Below, one piece after another: positions 26,767 to 39,728 of a stretch of DNA of 64,000 nucleotides. The DNA lies in the NCBI GenBank assembly GCA_963721085.1, contig CAVRHW010000031.1, positions 65,782-129,781 on the forward strand, in the 5' to 3' direction. A program made the position numbers and the translations under genes. How positions within the stretch are numbered: position 1 is the first letter of the stretch; every line of letters begins with the position of its first letter. The stretch is from an uncultured Gammaproteobacteria bacterium. GTDB taxonomy: Bacteria > Pseudomonadota > Gammaproteobacteria > SZUA-229. The notes beneath the pieces were generated by a model that was not told the DNA's origin, ran no database searches, and saw only the letters and a program-made list of their open reading frames with translations.

Positions 26767-28656
26767 TTACGCTGGTTCAAGCCAGCGGCGCAGGACTGAC
26801 TCCAGCTCATCCAGCTTCACCGGCTTGCCGATGTAATCGTCCATGCCCGCTTCCAGGCAGCGCTCGCGATCACCTTCCATCACATTCGCGGTCATGGCGA
26901 TCACTGTGGTGCGCTCTTTTGATAACTGCTTTTCATAATCGCGCAATATCCGCGTTGCTGCAAAACCGTCCAGCTCAGGCATCTGGCAGTCCATAAACAC
27001 CACATCAAAATCTTCGTGCTCGAGTTTTTTCAGCGCCTGATTACCATTCGCAGCCACTACCACTTCAAGGCCCAGCTGTTCCAGCATACGATTGGCCACC
27101 ATCTGATTCACTGGATTGTCTTCTGCCAGCAATATCCGCGAACTCGGTAAAGGACTATGGTCCACCTGTGCAACAGCCGTTTTCTTTTTCGGCCCCTGCG
27201 TTGCCACGCCCACCGGTATTTGAAACCAGAAAGTAGAGCCTTTTCGCGGCACACTTTCCACACCCAGCTCACCACCCATCAGGTGCACCAGTTGTTTGAC
27301 AATCGCCAGCCCCAGTCCGGTGCCGCCATATTTTCGTGTGGTTGTGCCATCCGCCTGGGTAAAGGCGGTGAACAGTTTTTCCAGCGTAATTTCATCTATA
27401 CCCACGCCTGTGTCACTGACTTCAACACGTAGCCGGGCTTTGTTGTCTGCATGGCTCAGCACTTTCAGGCGAACACTTATCTCACCCTGTTCGGTAAACT
27501 TCATCGAATTCGATACAAGGTTTAACAGCAATTGCCTGATGCGTACCGGGTCGCCCACCACGAATTCCGGCAGCGCCTCGTCTACTTCGGACAGCAGCTT
27601 CAGATTTTTTTGTTCGGCAATAGGTGCATTTAAATTCACGATATCAGCGAGCACTTCACGCATATCAAATGTGATGTTCTCAATACTGAGTTTGCCCGCT
27701 TCGATTTTTGACAGATCTAAAATATCATTCAAAATTGCCAGCAAGGCCTCGGCAGACTTGTGCGCAGTGGCAACATATTCCGCCTGAGTGTCTGATAGCT
27801 CCGAAGTTTCCAGCAACTGCAGTGTGCCAATCACTCCGTTCATCGGAGTACGGATTTCATGGCTCATATTGGCCAGGAACTGGCCTTTGGCCTGCGACAT
27901 TTTTTCAGCATGATCGCGTGCTTCAACCAGGTCGGACTCAACCTGTTTTACATATTCGATTTCATCACTGAGATTCTGGTTCAGGCGCTCCAGGTCCTGA
28001 CCTGCACGCGTCAGATCCGAAATCAGTTTTTCGTTTGCGTATGACAGTTCCAGCGCGGCGGTAGATGACTGATACATTTTATGTACAGCCAGGATCATCA
28101 CACCAAAAAAGAAACCAGTCATCGCGGACAGCGAATAATACACCTCGCCACCAATACTGAATAAACGCAACATCAGGGGCAGCAGCACGAAACCCACATA
28201 AGCGTAGTACACCCAGGCGACGTGCGAATACATAATACCGCTGGCGGAGACGCCAACCAGAATAAAAGCCAGCACGATCTGTTCGATCTGGTTGTAAGGA
28301 AACATCAGCACTGAAGTGATGCCCCAGCCGGCGCCGGTGACCATCACCGCGATTAAATACCAGCGGCAGACAATATCCCGCGGTATCCCCGCGAACGATG
28401 TTTTATACAGGCCAAAATAATGTATCCCGGCTCTGAATAAAAACAGCAGGCTCATGCCACCCAGCCAGACCAGCAATACCTGAGAAGGCAATTCACGCCA
28501 GACCAGTGCCGTCCAGATCACGGCCATCACATAGGCGATCGCATTGCCAAAGCCCGAACTTTCGATCAGCCTGGATATCTGGGTCTGACGCACGCGATCG
28601 CGATATTCTCTGGTTTCGACACTGATCGAGCTGATCGCTACGGGATTTATTTCCAT
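26767..28656 (-). CDS. hybrid sensor histidine kinase/response regulator with multi-TM N-terminal sensor
   Basis: 629 aa. About 6-7 N-terminal TMs, coiled coil, H-box MSHEIRTPMNGVIG, HATPase (GTGLGLAIV), and a C-terminal receiver (ILLAEDNPVN...DVVFMDCQMPELDG). Confidence 0.9.
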   Translation of the reverse strand: MEINPVAISSISVETREYRDRVRQTQISRLIESSGFGNAIAYVMAVIWTALVWRELPSQVLLVWLGGMSLLFLFRAGIHYFGLYKTSFAGIPRDIVCRWYLIAVMVTGAGWGITSVLMFPYNQIEQIVLAFILVGVSASGIMYSHVAWVYYAYVGFVLLPLMLRLFSIGGEVYYSLSAMTGFFFGVMILAVHKMYQSSTAALELSYANEKLISDLTRAGQDLERLNQNLSDEIEYVKQVESDLVEARDHAEKMSQAKGQFLANMSHEIRTPMNGVIGTLQLLETSELSDTQAEYVATAHKSAEALLAILNDILDLSKIEAGKLSIENITFDMREVLADIVNLNAPIAEQKNLKLLSEVDEALPEFVVGDPVRIRQLLLNLVSNSMKFTEQGEISVRLKVLSHADNKARLRVEVSDTGVGIDEITLEKLFTAFTQADGTTTRKYGGTGLGLAIVKQLVHLMGGELGVESVPRKGSTFWFQIPVGVATQGPKKKTAVAQVDHSPLPSSRILLAEDNPVNQMVANRMLEQLGLEVVVAANGNQALKKLEHEDFDVVFMDCQMPELDGFAATRILRDYEKQLSKERTTVIAMTANVMEGDRERCLEAGMDDYIGKPVKLDELESVLRRWLEPA

Positions 28657-28727
28657 GGATAAGTCACAGGTATCATTTGGCTACCAGATAAATAGTTGAG
28701 AACATACTAAAACACCAGCGCATGCGC

Positions 28728-30842
28728 TTATACCGAGCCATATCTTTCAGCGCTGCCCAGCCAGCGCCGAATCAGCGGCTGCACACATTCTGGATGCTGC
28801 TGCATAATATTAGCGGCCGCCTGCCTGATTTCCGGTAGCATTGCCTGCTCACGCACGATGTCCGCAATGCGCAATTGCAATAAGCCGGTCTGGCGCGTAC
28901 CCAGCACTTCGCCAGGACCGCGCATTTCGAGATCTTTTTCTGCGACGACAAAACCGCTGCCGGTTTCGCGCAACACTGATAAGCGCTGTTTCCCCTGCAC
29001 GGACAAGGGTGCGTGGTACATCAAAACACAGGCGCTTTTTCTGCTGCCGCGACCGACGCGACCGCGCAGCTGGTGCAGCTGCGCCAGCCCGAGGCGCTCG
29101 GCGTTTTCGATCACCATCAGGGAAGCATTGGGTACATCAACCCCGACTTCGATCACCGTGGTCGCAACCAGTAGATCGATTTCTCGTTGCCTGAATTTTT
29201 CCACGACCTGGCTTTTTTCTGCCTGTTTCATGCGCCCGTGCACCAGGCCAATATTGAGCTCGTGCAATTCTTCACCCAGCTGCGCTGCCGCTTCTTCCGC
29301 CGCCTGGCATTGCAGAACTTCAGACTCTTCGATCAGCGTGCACACCCAGTAGGCCTGCTCGCCATGTTTACAGGCATTGGCGACGCGATCAATCACTTCC
29401 TGTCGTCGCGTGTCAGACACCACCACGGTGGACACCGGTTTGCGGCCTTCGGGCAATTCGTCGATTGCAGAATAATCCAGGTCGGCATAGGCGGTCATCG
29501 CCAGACTGCGCGGAATCGGTGTCGCGGTCATGATCAACTGGTGTGGCACCGTATTTTTATGTTTACCTTTCTGCTGGAGAGCCAGTCGTTGATGCACACC
29601 AAATCGGTGCTGTTCGTCGATGATCGCCAGAGCAAGATTGTTAAATTCGACTTCATCCTGAAACAGGGCATGCGTGCCAATGACAATCCGCGCTTCGCCA
29701 CTGGCGATCGCTTCCAGTCTTTGTGCACGCGCCTTGCCTTTGTGTTTTCCGGTGAGCAGAATACATTGATGCTCATCCTGATCAAACCAGCGGGAGAAAT
29801 TTTCAAAATGTTGCTGCGCAAGAATTTCGGTCGGCGCCATCACTGCCGCCTGCTTGCCATTGACCACAGCCGCCAGTACAGCACTGGCAGCGACCACGGT
29901 TTTACCCGAACCCACATCACCCTGCAACAAGCGCAACATCGGTGTTGTCTGCGAAAGATCGCGCAGAATCTCGGCGATTACTTTTTGTTGTGACCGGGTC
30001 AGCTCAAACCCTAGTTTTGCAACAAATGCGTTATAAGGCTCTCGTTCCAGCAATAAACGCTGCGCCTTGCGCGATTGAATACGTTTGCGTAACTGCGCCA
30101 GACTCAGCTGATGCGCGAGCAGTTCTTCGAACACCAGCCTGCGTTGCGCCGGATGTTGACAGGCTTCGATATCACTTAATGAAACATCCGGTTCAGGCTG
30201 GTGCACGGTGCGGATAGCAGTCTGCAAATCAGGAAAAGCATGTTGTTTGCGTATCGCTTCGGGCAACCAGTCCTTCACATTGCCGGCTTCGAGCTGTTTG
30301 ATCACTTCAGCCGCCATGCTGCGCATCAGGGTCTGGTGCACGCCTTCGGTTTTTGGATACACTGGCGTCAGGCGGTCATCCACTGCGGTGACACTGTTGT
30401 CGAACATGCGACGATATTCCGGATGCGATATTTCCAGCTGCCGCGCGCCGGCACGCACTTCACCAAAACAGCGCAGACGCACACCTTTAGCCAGGTTCGC
30501 CTGCTGGCTGGCGTTGAAATGAAAAAAACGCAGCACGATACCGCCGCTGCCATCGGCAAGATAACACAGCAGGCTACGGCCACTACGACCACGCGTGCGA
30601 CGACCGTTGTATTTCACTTCGCTGTGTTCGATCACACCTTCGATCACCGCCTGCTGGCCCGGCTGCAATGAGCCGATAGGAATGATTCGGGTACGATCTT
30701 CATAACGAAGCGGAAGGTGGAACAAGACGTCCTGTATATTATGTATATCGAGTTTCGCGAGCTTCTCGGCAACAGCCGGGCCCACGCCTTTTAACGTGGT
30801 GACACTGCGATACTCAAAAGAATCGTCCTGATCTTTATTCAT
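28728..30842 (-). CDS. recG: ATP-dependent DNA helicase RecG
   Basis: 704 aa. Wedge domain, Walker A GDVGSGKT, DEQH box (IIDEQHRFGV), QLHQLRGRVGRG. Confidence 0.95.
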   Translation of the reverse strand: MNKDQDDSFEYRSVTTLKGVGPAVAEKLAKLDIHNIQDVLFHLPLRYEDRTRIIPIGSLQPGQQAVIEGVIEHSEVKYNGRRTRGRSGRSLLCYLADGSGGIVLRFFHFNASQQANLAKGVRLRCFGEVRAGARQLEISHPEYRRMFDNSVTAVDDRLTPVYPKTEGVHQTLMRSMAAEVIKQLEAGNVKDWLPEAIRKQHAFPDLQTAIRTVHQPEPDVSLSDIEACQHPAQRRLVFEELLAHQLSLAQLRKRIQSRKAQRLLLEREPYNAFVAKLGFELTRSQQKVIAEILRDLSQTTPMLRLLQGDVGSGKTVVAASAVLAAVVNGKQAAVMAPTEILAQQHFENFSRWFDQDEHQCILLTGKHKGKARAQRLEAIASGEARIVIGTHALFQDEVEFNNLALAIIDEQHRFGVHQRLALQQKGKHKNTVPHQLIMTATPIPRSLAMTAYADLDYSAIDELPEGRKPVSTVVVSDTRRQEVIDRVANACKHGEQAYWVCTLIEESEVLQCQAAEEAAAQLGEELHELNIGLVHGRMKQAEKSQVVEKFRQREIDLLVATTVIEVGVDVPNASLMVIENAERLGLAQLHQLRGRVGRGSRKSACVLMYHAPLSVQGKQRLSVLRETGSGFVVAEKDLEMRGPGEVLGTRQTGLLQLRIADIVREQAMLPEIRQAAANIMQQHPECVQPLIRRWLGSAERYGSV

Positions 30843-30897
30843 AGTTAGTTAATACCTTGCTGCCGCAGAACACGACAAAAGATTTAACAATAAAATT

Positions 30898-31040
30898 GTC
30901 CGCAAATGACGCAAAAAACGCGAAGGAAAAACTGGATCGCTTAACACAGCCGGGAAATACTGCATCATGCTTGCGATAGTTGTAACGAACAACCACGATG
31001 ATGCATTTTCATTTGCGTGCATTTGCGTTCTTTGCGGTGA
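30898..31040. repeat. imperfect palindromic intergenic element, family B copy 1
   Basis: The left arm GTCCGCAAATGACGCAAAAAACGCGAAGG (from 30898) faces the right arm CATTTGCGTGCATTTGCGTTCTTTGCGG (31010-31037). The 20-mer ATTTGCGTGCATTTGCGTTC (31011-31030) is identical to 62751-62770. Confidence 0.6.
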
Positions 31041-31074
31041 TCGTTTTTTGCCTTCTGACGTTGCAAAATGAATC

Positions 31075-31458
31075 TCAGCTCAGCACCAGAATCGCATCCA
31101 TTTCGACCTGCGCACCTTTTGGCAGTGCGGCAACACCCACCGCTGCGCGCGCTGGATAGGGTTGCGTGAAATATTCTGCCATCACTTCATTCACCACCGG
31201 GAAGTGCACCAGGTCGACAAGAAACACATTAAGTTTGGCAATGTCCTGCAAACTGCCGCCGGCGGCTTCAGCGACCGCCTGCAGATTATCGAACACGCGC
31301 CTGATCTGCGCCGCGATGTCACCCGCCACCAGCTCCATGGTTTCGGGTACCAGTGGAATCTGTCCTGAAAGATACACGGTGTTGCCGCTCTTCACTGCCT
31401 GCGAATAAGAGCCAATAGCCTGCGGCGCTTTTGTTGTTGCAATAATTTCTTTACTCAT
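31075..31458 (-). CDS. ridA: RidA/YjgF family reactive-intermediate deaminase
   Basis: 127 aa. [12 protein letters not shown]...VYLSGQIPL...[21 protein letters not shown]. Confidence 0.9.
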   Translation of the reverse strand: MSKEIIATTKAPQAIGSYSQAVKSGNTVYLSGQIPLVPETMELVAGDIAAQIRRVFDNLQAVAEAAGGSLQDIAKLNVFLVDLVHFPVVNEVMAEYFTQPYPARAAVGVAALPKGAQVEMDAILVLS

Positions 31459-31593
31459 GCGTGATCCTTAATTTATTAACTGTTTACTCGCATACATGGA
31501 TGTGCTGCCATTTAAAATGAGAAAAAGGTAAAATCGATTTTATCTTTTTCGTGCTCAATTCATGGATGAATTATTCAGGGCTTCCTTAACATA

Positions 31594-33771
31594 TCAAACG
31601 CGTGCGATACGCAGCACGTTCGGCACCTTGCGCAAACGCCGCATGATACTGGCGAGATGTATACGATCCTTTACTTCGATCAAATATACGATACTCATAT
31701 TGATGCCATCGCGATCTTCGATTTCAACATTCTGAATATTGGCACCTTCCTCCGAAAGCACTGTCGCTGTGCGCGCAAGCACGCCCGGCTTGTTGCTCAC
31801 ATCCAGCCTCACTTCGCAGACAAACACGCCGACGGCATCACTGGACCACTGCACATCGATATATTTATCCGTTTGTGTGCGCGTCTGATCAAGATTACGA
31901 CAGCCTTCACGATGCACCACGATTCCGCGCCCCTTGCTGAGCACACCGATCACCTGATCGCCCGGAATCGGGTGACAGCATTTACCGTAAGACACGACCA
32001 TACCTTCGGTACCGTGTATGGCTAACGGGGCCTGGGTTTTCATTTCACGGGTTTCTTCGGAATCACCGTACGGGATTCGTTCCGGCACCAGTTTTCGCAC
32101 CACCAGGCTCGGGGGCCGATTACCCATGCCAACATCTTCCAGCAATTCATTCATGGTACTGAAGCCATACTCATTCAGTGCTTCGTCAATCGAGCTTTGC
32201 GGCACATCATCAAGCCGCAAACCCAGTCCTTTCAGGCAACGTTCCAGCAATCGCCGCCCCTGCGACACCGCTTCATCCGCCTGCATATTTTTCAGGTAAG
32301 AGCGTATATTGCTACGCGCTTTTGCGGTTACCACATAGTTCAGCCATGCCGGGTTCGGTCGCGCTGTCGGCGAGGTTATGATTTCGACTGTCTGGCCGCT
32401 ATATAAAGGCGTATTCAGTGGCGCGAAACTATGATCGAGTTTTGCTGCGACGCAAGTGTTACCAATATCGGTGTGCACATAGTAAGCAAAATCAACCGGC
32501 GTTGCATTACGTGGTAATTTGACGATATCGCCTTCTGGTGTGTACACATACACTTCATCGTGAAACAGATCGACTTTGACGTTTTCCAGAAACTCCAGCG
32601 AGTTACCCGCAGTCTGTTGCATTTCTAAAATTCCGGTCAACCAGTCACGCGCACGCGCATGTGCGCCTGTTAAACCGGTTTCGTCGGGTGACTTGTACAG
32701 CCAGTGCGCCGCAATACCACTTTCGGCAAACTTGTCCATATCGGCGGTTCTAATCTGCAGCTCCATCGGAATACCGTGCGGGCCGTACATGGCCGTGTGC
32801 AAAGCCTGGTAACCGTTGCTCTTTGGAATAGCGATATAGTCTTTAAATCTGCCCGGAATGGGTTTGAATAAGTTATGCGCAATACCGAGAACACGATAAC
32901 ACTCATCGACGGTATCAACGATCACGCGTAGCGCATACACATCAAATACTTTATCAAACGATAAATGTTTGATCCGCATCTTGTTATACAGACTATATAA
33001 ATTCTTTTTACGAGAACGCACTTCGGCCTTGATGCCCAGCTCTTCCAGCCTTGCTACCAGTCCGGCATCAATCTTATTGATAACTTCCTTGCGATGACCG
33101 CTGGCCTTGTTGACCGCGTGTTCAAGTATGCGATAACGCAATGGATACATGGCACGAAACGAAAGATCTTCGAGTTCATGACGCATGGTGTAAATGCCAA
33201 GGCGGTTGGCAATCGGAATATATATATCGAAGGTTTCCTGCGCGATACGCCGACGCTTTTCTGGTGACAAACTGTCGAGCGTGCGCATATTGTGCAGACG
33301 GTCCGCCAGCTTGATCAGCATGACACGTATATCCTGTGCCATCGCCAGCAATACCTTTTGAATGTTCTCGGCCTGCTGTTCGTACTTGTTCTTGAACTTG
33401 ATATGGGTGAGCTTGCTGACACCGTCAACAAGATGCGCAACATCTTCGCCAAATTCGCGTGAGATCAGTTTGCGGGTTGCAGGGGTATCTTCGAGTACGT
33501 CGTGCAAAATAGAAGCGACGATACTTTTAACATCCATGTGCATCTGCGCAAGGATGCGCGCCACCGCGACTGGATGATAGATATATGGTTCACCAGAAGC
33601 ACGGTGCTGACCTTCGTGTGCCTGCGCTCCGAATAAATAAGCGCGGTACACATCCTTGACCTGATCGCGCTCCATATAGGTGCCCACCAGATCACACAAA
33701 TCCGAAATTAAAAAGCGCTCGTCTGCCTTGCCTGTGGCGCCGGATGAATCACTGCGGACAGAATTGCTCAT
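31594..33771 (-). CDS. spoT: bifunctional (p)ppGpp synthetase/hydrolase SpoT/RelA family
   Basis: 725 aa. HD domain (HRASGEPYIYHPVAVA, HDVLEDT), synthetase domain, TGS and ACT-like C-terminus. It sits in the gmk-rpoZ-spoT context. Confidence 0.9.
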   Translation of the reverse strand: MSNSVRSDSSGATGKADERFLISDLCDLVGTYMERDQVKDVYRAYLFGAQAHEGQHRASGEPYIYHPVAVARILAQMHMDVKSIVASILHDVLEDTPATRKLISREFGEDVAHLVDGVSKLTHIKFKNKYEQQAENIQKVLLAMAQDIRVMLIKLADRLHNMRTLDSLSPEKRRRIAQETFDIYIPIANRLGIYTMRHELEDLSFRAMYPLRYRILEHAVNKASGHRKEVINKIDAGLVARLEELGIKAEVRSRKKNLYSLYNKMRIKHLSFDKVFDVYALRVIVDTVDECYRVLGIAHNLFKPIPGRFKDYIAIPKSNGYQALHTAMYGPHGIPMELQIRTADMDKFAESGIAAHWLYKSPDETGLTGAHARARDWLTGILEMQQTAGNSLEFLENVKVDLFHDEVYVYTPEGDIVKLPRNATPVDFAYYVHTDIGNTCVAAKLDHSFAPLNTPLYSGQTVEIITSPTARPNPAWLNYVVTAKARSNIRSYLKNMQADEAVSQGRRLLERCLKGLGLRLDDVPQSSIDEALNEYGFSTMNELLEDVGMGNRPPSLVVRKLVPERIPYGDSEETREMKTQAPLAIHGTEGMVVSYGKCCHPIPGDQVIGVLSKGRGIVVHREGCRNLDQTRTQTDKYIDVQWSSDAVGVFVCEVRLDVSNKPGVLARTATVLSEEGANIQNVEIEDRDGINMSIVYLIEVKDRIHLASIMRRLRKVPNVLRIARV

Positions 33772-33883
33772 GACGCAGCTTGAAACACAGTTCTGTATGA
33801 ATCTCGATACACACGGTCAGGCCCTGATCGATGCTGGCGCACCGAACATTCGCCGGTCGTGTGTGCATGAGAGTCATCTATGA

Positions 33884-34147
33884 TCAGAAACCTGCCTGAA
33901 GATCCCCTTCGATAAACATTTCCATGTCGTCCTGTGGCACAACCACTTCTTCAGCATCCATGGTTTCCTTGGTGATAATGCCTTCAGCGATTTCACGCAA
34001 GGCCAGCACGGTGGGCTTGTCATTATCCAGCGCTACCTGTGCATCAGCGCCCATGGCCAGCTGGCGAGCGCGGCGCGCAGCCAGCAACACCAGCTCAAAA
34101 CGGTTTTCTACATTCTGCAGACAATCTTCTACGGTTAAACGTGCCAT
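33884..34147 (-). CDS. rpoZ: DNA-directed RNA polymerase subunit omega
   Basis: 87 aa. [30 protein letters not shown]. Confidence 0.95.
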   Translation of the reverse strand: MARLTVEDCLQNVENRFELVLLAARRARQLAMGADAQVALDNDKPTVLALREIAEGIITKETMDAEEVVVPQDDMEMFIEGDLQAGF

Positions 34148-34151
34148 GCGG

Positions 34152-34781
34152 TCACTCCACTTGTTTGTTCATTAACAGTGCGGCCAGCAAGTCCGCATTT
34201 TTTTCCTGCTGATATTCTTTCAGCGTTCGATTGCTGATAAATATGGCGGCCAGCTCTTCGCGTGCGCGCTCAAAATCGTCATTGATTACTATATAGTCGA
34301 ATTCATTATAATGCGACATTTCTCTCACCGCTTCCTGCATGCGGCGCTCGATCACAGTGGCATCATCCTGGGCGCGACTGTTCAAACGTTCGCGCAATGC
34401 CGATATACACGGCGGCAGCACATATATTGACCTGCAGCCAGCCATCAGCTCGCGTATCTGGCGCGCCCCCTGCCAGTCGATTTCCAGAATCACATCCTTG
34501 CCCAGTTCCAGCTGTTCCTGGATGTGCTGGCGCGAAGTGCCATAGTGATTACCGAACACTTCGGCGTGTTCCAGAAACTCACCCTGTTTGACCATCGATT
34601 CAAATGTATCCTGAGACACAAAATAATAGTCTACGCCTTCGACTTCCCCCGCGCGCATAGCACGCGTGGTATGCGATACCGATACGACTACATCATCCAG
34701 TTTGGTCAGCAGGGCCTGTACCAGCGTGGTTTTACCGGCACCCGAAGGCGCGGAAATAATATACAGACTGCCTTTAGCCAC
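34152..34781 (-). CDS. gmk: guanylate kinase
   Basis: 209 aa. P-loop [11 protein letters not shown] and the guanylate kinase pattern. Confidence 0.95.
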   Translation of the reverse strand: MAKGSLYIISAPSGAGKTTLVQALLTKLDDVVVSVSHTTRAMRAGEVEGVDYYFVSQDTFESMVKQGEFLEHAEVFGNHYGTSRQHIQEQLELGKDVILEIDWQGARQIRELMAGCRSIYVLPPCISALRERLNSRAQDDATVIERRMQEAVREMSHYNEFDYIVINDDFERAREELAAIFISNRTLKEYQQEKNADLLAALLMNKQVE

Positions 34782-34813
34782 AGACTTTACTCATACTCGA
34801 TTGAATGACCAAC

Positions 34814-34890
34814 TGGTCGGAGTGAGAGGATTTGAACCTCCGACCCCTACGTCCCGAACGTAGTGCTCTACCAAGCTGAGCTACACTCCG
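34814..34890 (-). tRNA. tRNA-Pro (anticodon CGG)
   Basis: The reverse complement CGGAGTGTAGCTCAGCTTGGTAGAGCACTACGTTCGGGACGTAGGGGTCGGAGGTTCAAATCCTCTCACTCCGACCA folds as a 77-nt cloverleaf. The anticodon loop is TTCGGGA, and the CCA end is encoded. Confidence 0.9.
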
Positions 34891-34965
34891 AAGCGGCGTA
34901 TTCTAGCAGTTTGTTTGCTCTGTGGGGCTTTGCGCGTGCGGATTGTGTGAATCTGTTCGGATTTT

Positions 34966-35949
34966 TCAGCTACACCGCTCGACCGAAAAATCGGCCAGCG
35001 CGATCAGCGCTTCGCGATACTCGGATGCGGGCAAATGCGCGAGCTGGGTGCGTGCGAGTTCCGCTTCCTGCCTGGCCACCGATTCGGTGTAGGCCAGCGC
35101 GCCAGTGGACTGAATAATGTCCTGCACCTGATCGAGCAGGTCATAGCCGCCGTTCTCGATCGCGCGCCGCACCAGCGCAGACTGTTCGGCGGTGCCCTGC
35201 GCCATGGCATAAATCAACGGCAGGGTGGGCTTGCCTTCGGCCAGATCATCGCCGACGTTTTTGCCCATGGCATCGCTGTCCGAGCTGTAATCCAGCACAT
35301 CATCGATCAGCTGAAACGCGGTACCCAGATGCATGCCATAGGCTGCCATGGCGTTTTCGTCCTCGGCGCTGCGATCGCACAGCACCGCGCCCAGCCGGGT
35401 CGCCGCCTCGAACAGCTTGGCGGTCTTGCAGTGAATCACGTCCATGTAGCTCGCCTCGCTGGTGTCCGCATCGTGCACATTCATCAGCTGCATCACCTCA
35501 CCTTCGGCGATCACATTGGTGGTATTGGCCAGAATCGCCATCACCCGCATATCGTTCGCATCCACCATCATCTCGAACGCGCGCGAATACAGGAAATCAC
35601 CGACCAGCACACTGGCGGCATTGCCGAACAGCGCGTTCGCGGTTTCGTGGCCGCGGCGCAAATCGGACTCATCGACCACATCGTCGTGCAGCAGGGTGGC
35701 AGTGTGAATAAATTCGATAATCGCCGCCAGCAAATGGTGCCGATCACCCTCGTAACCATAGGCGCGGGCCGCGAGCAGGGCCAGCAGCGGGCGCAGGCGC
35801 TTGCCGCCGGATTCCACGATATAATTGCCCAGCTGGTTGATCAGCACCACATCCGAGGCCAGGCGCTGGTGAATCACCGCGTCCACCGCCCGCATATCGG
35901 CTGCGGTCAGCTGCTTGATGTCATCCAGGGTGTATTTGTTCGCGGGCAC
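34966..35949 (-). CDS. ispB: octaprenyl-diphosphate synthase (polyprenyl synthetase)
   Basis: 327 aa, GTG start. First DDxxD in LLHDDVVDESDLRRG and second in FQLIDDVLDY. Divergent from rplU, as in other gammaproteobacteria. Confidence 0.9.
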   Translation of the reverse strand: MPANKYTLDDIKQLTAADMRAVDAVIHQRLASDVVLINQLGNYIVESGGKRLRPLLALLAARAYGYEGDRHHLLAAIIEFIHTATLLHDDVVDESDLRRGHETANALFGNAASVLVGDFLYSRAFEMMVDANDMRVMAILANTTNVIAEGEVMQLMNVHDADTSEASYMDVIHCKTAKLFEAATRLGAVLCDRSAEDENAMAAYGMHLGTAFQLIDDVLDYSSDSDAMGKNVGDDLAEGKPTLPLIYAMAQGTAEQSALVRRAIENGGYDLLDQVQDIIQSTGALAYTESVARQEAELARTQLAHLPASEYREALIALADFSVERCS

Positions 35950-36119
35950 AGGTGTTCCATTAGATTAAAGATTGCGCATCCTATTTACCACCGGTCGGCA
36001 GGTCAAGCCAGATCGGAAAAAACCGCTCCAAAACCGGTAATTATGGTAAATCCCGCTTGCCAGCAGGGCGCGCAAACAGTAGAATTTGCGCCCTTTCATT
36101 ACACGATTTGGAGAACGCC

Positions 36120-36431
36120 ATGTACGCGGTTATGAGTACAGGTGGTAAACAGTACAAAGTAGCGCAGGGCGATGTCTGCCGTGTCGAAAAACTGGATGCC
36201 GAAGAAGGGGCTTCAGTAGAGCTCGACAAAATATTGATGATCGCTGATGGCGACAAGATCACCATTGGCACCCCGCTGGTTGCGGGTGGCAAGGTCACGG
36301 CCACGGTCAAGTCACACGGCCGCGCCGACAAGGTCGAAATCATGAAATTTCGCCGTCGCAAACATCACCAGAAACGTACCGGCCACCGCCAGTACTATAC
36401 TGAAATTGAAATCACCGCTATTGCTGGTTAA
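36120..36431 (+). CDS. rplU: 50S ribosomal protein L21
   Basis: Frame of ORF 36057..36431. ATG 36120 lies after [24 protein letters not shown]... Confidence 0.95.
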   Translation: MYAVMSTGGKQYKVAQGDVCRVEKLDAEEGASVELDKILMIADGDKITIGTPLVAGGKVTATVKSHGRADKVEIMKFRRRKHHQKRTGHRQYYTEIEITAIAG

Positions 36432-36464
36432 GTCAGCTGGTTAAGCGTTCAGGAGCACTTTACA

Positions 36465-36722
36465 ATGGCACATAAGAAAGCCGCGGGCAGTACCCGCAAC
36501 GGTCGCGAGTCACAATCCAAGCGACTGGGTGTAAAAAAATTCGGTGGCGAGTCCGTACTTGCCGGCAATATTCTGGTGCGCCAGCGCGGCACCCAGTTCC
36601 ACGCCGGTAACAATGTAGGCATGGGACGCGACCACACGCTGTTCGCCAAGGCGGAAGGCAATGTGGTATTTGAAGTTCGCGGCCCGAAGAATCGCCGAAC
36701 GATCAGCGTTCAGCCGGCCTGA
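36465..36722 (+). CDS. rpmA: 50S ribosomal protein L27
   Basis: 85 aa. [28 protein letters not shown]. Confidence 0.95.
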   Translation: MAHKKAAGSTRNGRESQSKRLGVKKFGGESVLAGNILVRQRGTQFHAGNNVGMGRDHTLFAKAEGNVVFEVRGPKNRRTISVQPA

Positions 36723-36741
36723 GGCACAGCGCACTCTGCTG

Positions 36742-36770
36742 AAAAAAGCCCCAGATCTGGGGCTTTTTTT
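36742..36770 (+). terminator. rho-independent terminator after rpmA
   Basis: AGCCCCA-GATC-TGGGGCT stem-loop (36747-36764) running into a T run that ends at 36770. Confidence 0.75.
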
Positions 36771-36822
36771 ATGTATATTTACAACACAGGACAAAGAAAA
36801 AACATCTGAAGACAAAAAGCTG

Positions 36823-36952
36823 AACCACAGAGGCACAGAGAACACGGAGGAAAGCTATATCTTTGTTCGTAAAATACGCGGTCATCTGAGACCAGACTTT
36901 TACGCTTTTAATACCAGATTTTTTACTCTGTGTTCTCTGTGCCTCTGTGGTT
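36823..36952. repeat. MITE/REP-like palindromic element, family A copy 1 (23-bp perfect terminal inverted repeats)
   Basis: AACCACAGAGGCACAGAGAACAC (36823-36845) is the exact reverse complement of 36930-36952. The 84-nt interior begins GGAGGAAAGC..ATCTTTGTT, as in copy 2. Confidence 0.75.
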
Positions 36953-36984
36953 TCGCCTGTAGTTTTTAGATTAATTTTTTATAA

Positions 36985-39128
<2,144 letters not shown>

Positions 39129-39148
39129 ACATAAAAACCATAAGCTGA

Positions 39149-39240
39149 AACCACAGAGACACAGAGAACACGGAGGAAAAGCAAAATCTTTGTTTTAAAA
39201 CACAATAAGTTTTCTCTGTGTTCTCTGTGCCTCTGTGGTT
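39149..39240. repeat. MITE/REP-like palindromic element, family A copy 2
   Basis: AACCACAGAGACACAGAGAACAC (39149-39171) faces GTGTTCTCTGTGCCTCTGTGGTT (39218-39240) with one mismatch. The 46-nt interior GGAGGAAAAGCAAAATCTTTGTT... is related to copy 1. Confidence 0.75.
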
Positions 39241-39292
39241 CAGCCTTTGTATTTAGATGTTTTTTTCTGGTTTTGTGCTTTTCAGCCAGACA

Positions 39293-39322
39293 CAAAAAAG
39301 CCGGTCAGTGACCGGCTTTTTC
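39293..39322. terminator. bidirectional rho-independent terminator (serves rpsT on the minus strand)
   Basis: AAAAAAGCCGGTC-AGT-GACCGGCTTTTT: a GC-rich stem flanked by an A run and a T run. Confidence 0.75.
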
Positions 39323-39339
39323 GCTAATCTGAAACAATC

Positions 39340-39600
39340 TTACATCGCGCGGATGTTGTTGTTCATGCGGCTCTTGTGGCGTGCGGCCTTGTTGGCATGA
39401 ATCAGGCCTTTGCCTGCAATGCTGTCGATGATCGGGCAGGCGACCTTATAGGCAGCTTCAGCAGCGGCTTTGTCGCCAGCGCCGATTGCGCTATAAACAC
39501 GCTTGATATAAGTACGCATGGTCGAGCGCGCGCTGGCGTTCTGAACACGGTGCGTTTCGGCCTGTCTGGCGCGTTTCTTTGCTTGAGCTGAGTTAGCCAA
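39340..39600 (-). CDS. rpsT: 30S ribosomal protein S20 (TTG start)
   Basis: Frame of ORF 39340..39663. The conserved N-terminus (L/M)[12 protein letters not shown] begins at TTG 39600. E. coli rpsT is also known to use UUG. Confidence 0.85.
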   Translation of the reverse strand: MANSAQAKKRARQAETHRVQNASARSTMRTYIKRVYSAIGAGDKAAAEAAYKVACPIIDSIAGKGLIHANKAARHKSRMNNNIRAM

Positions 39601-39728
39601 TGGAGTAAACCTGTACTGGAAAAAAAGAGCGCGTAAAATGCCAGTTTTAGAGGGCTTTGTCAATCCGTTTTCGCTACAATTGGCCCTCGTTTCACCAGTT
39701 CAGCAGCATAAACAGAAGGAGTACCCCA

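Noticed and set aside
29187-29993. 268-aa ORF on the plus strand (and similar ones at 28858-29352 and 30201-30671)
   Set aside because: They lie antisense to recG and are R/H/F-rich shadow frames.
31557-31572. AATTCAT-GG-ATGAATT palindrome between spoT and ridA
   Set aside because: It is a short, AT-rich single occurrence. It could be a minor hairpin or a chance palindrome, and there is nothing to tie it to a regulator.
35035-36135. 366-aa ORF on the plus strand
   Set aside because: It lies antisense to ispB, which has clear DDxxD polyprenyl synthase motifs. Its translation is low-complexity (R/H/G/A/Q-rich) with no motifs, so I treat it as a shadow ORF.
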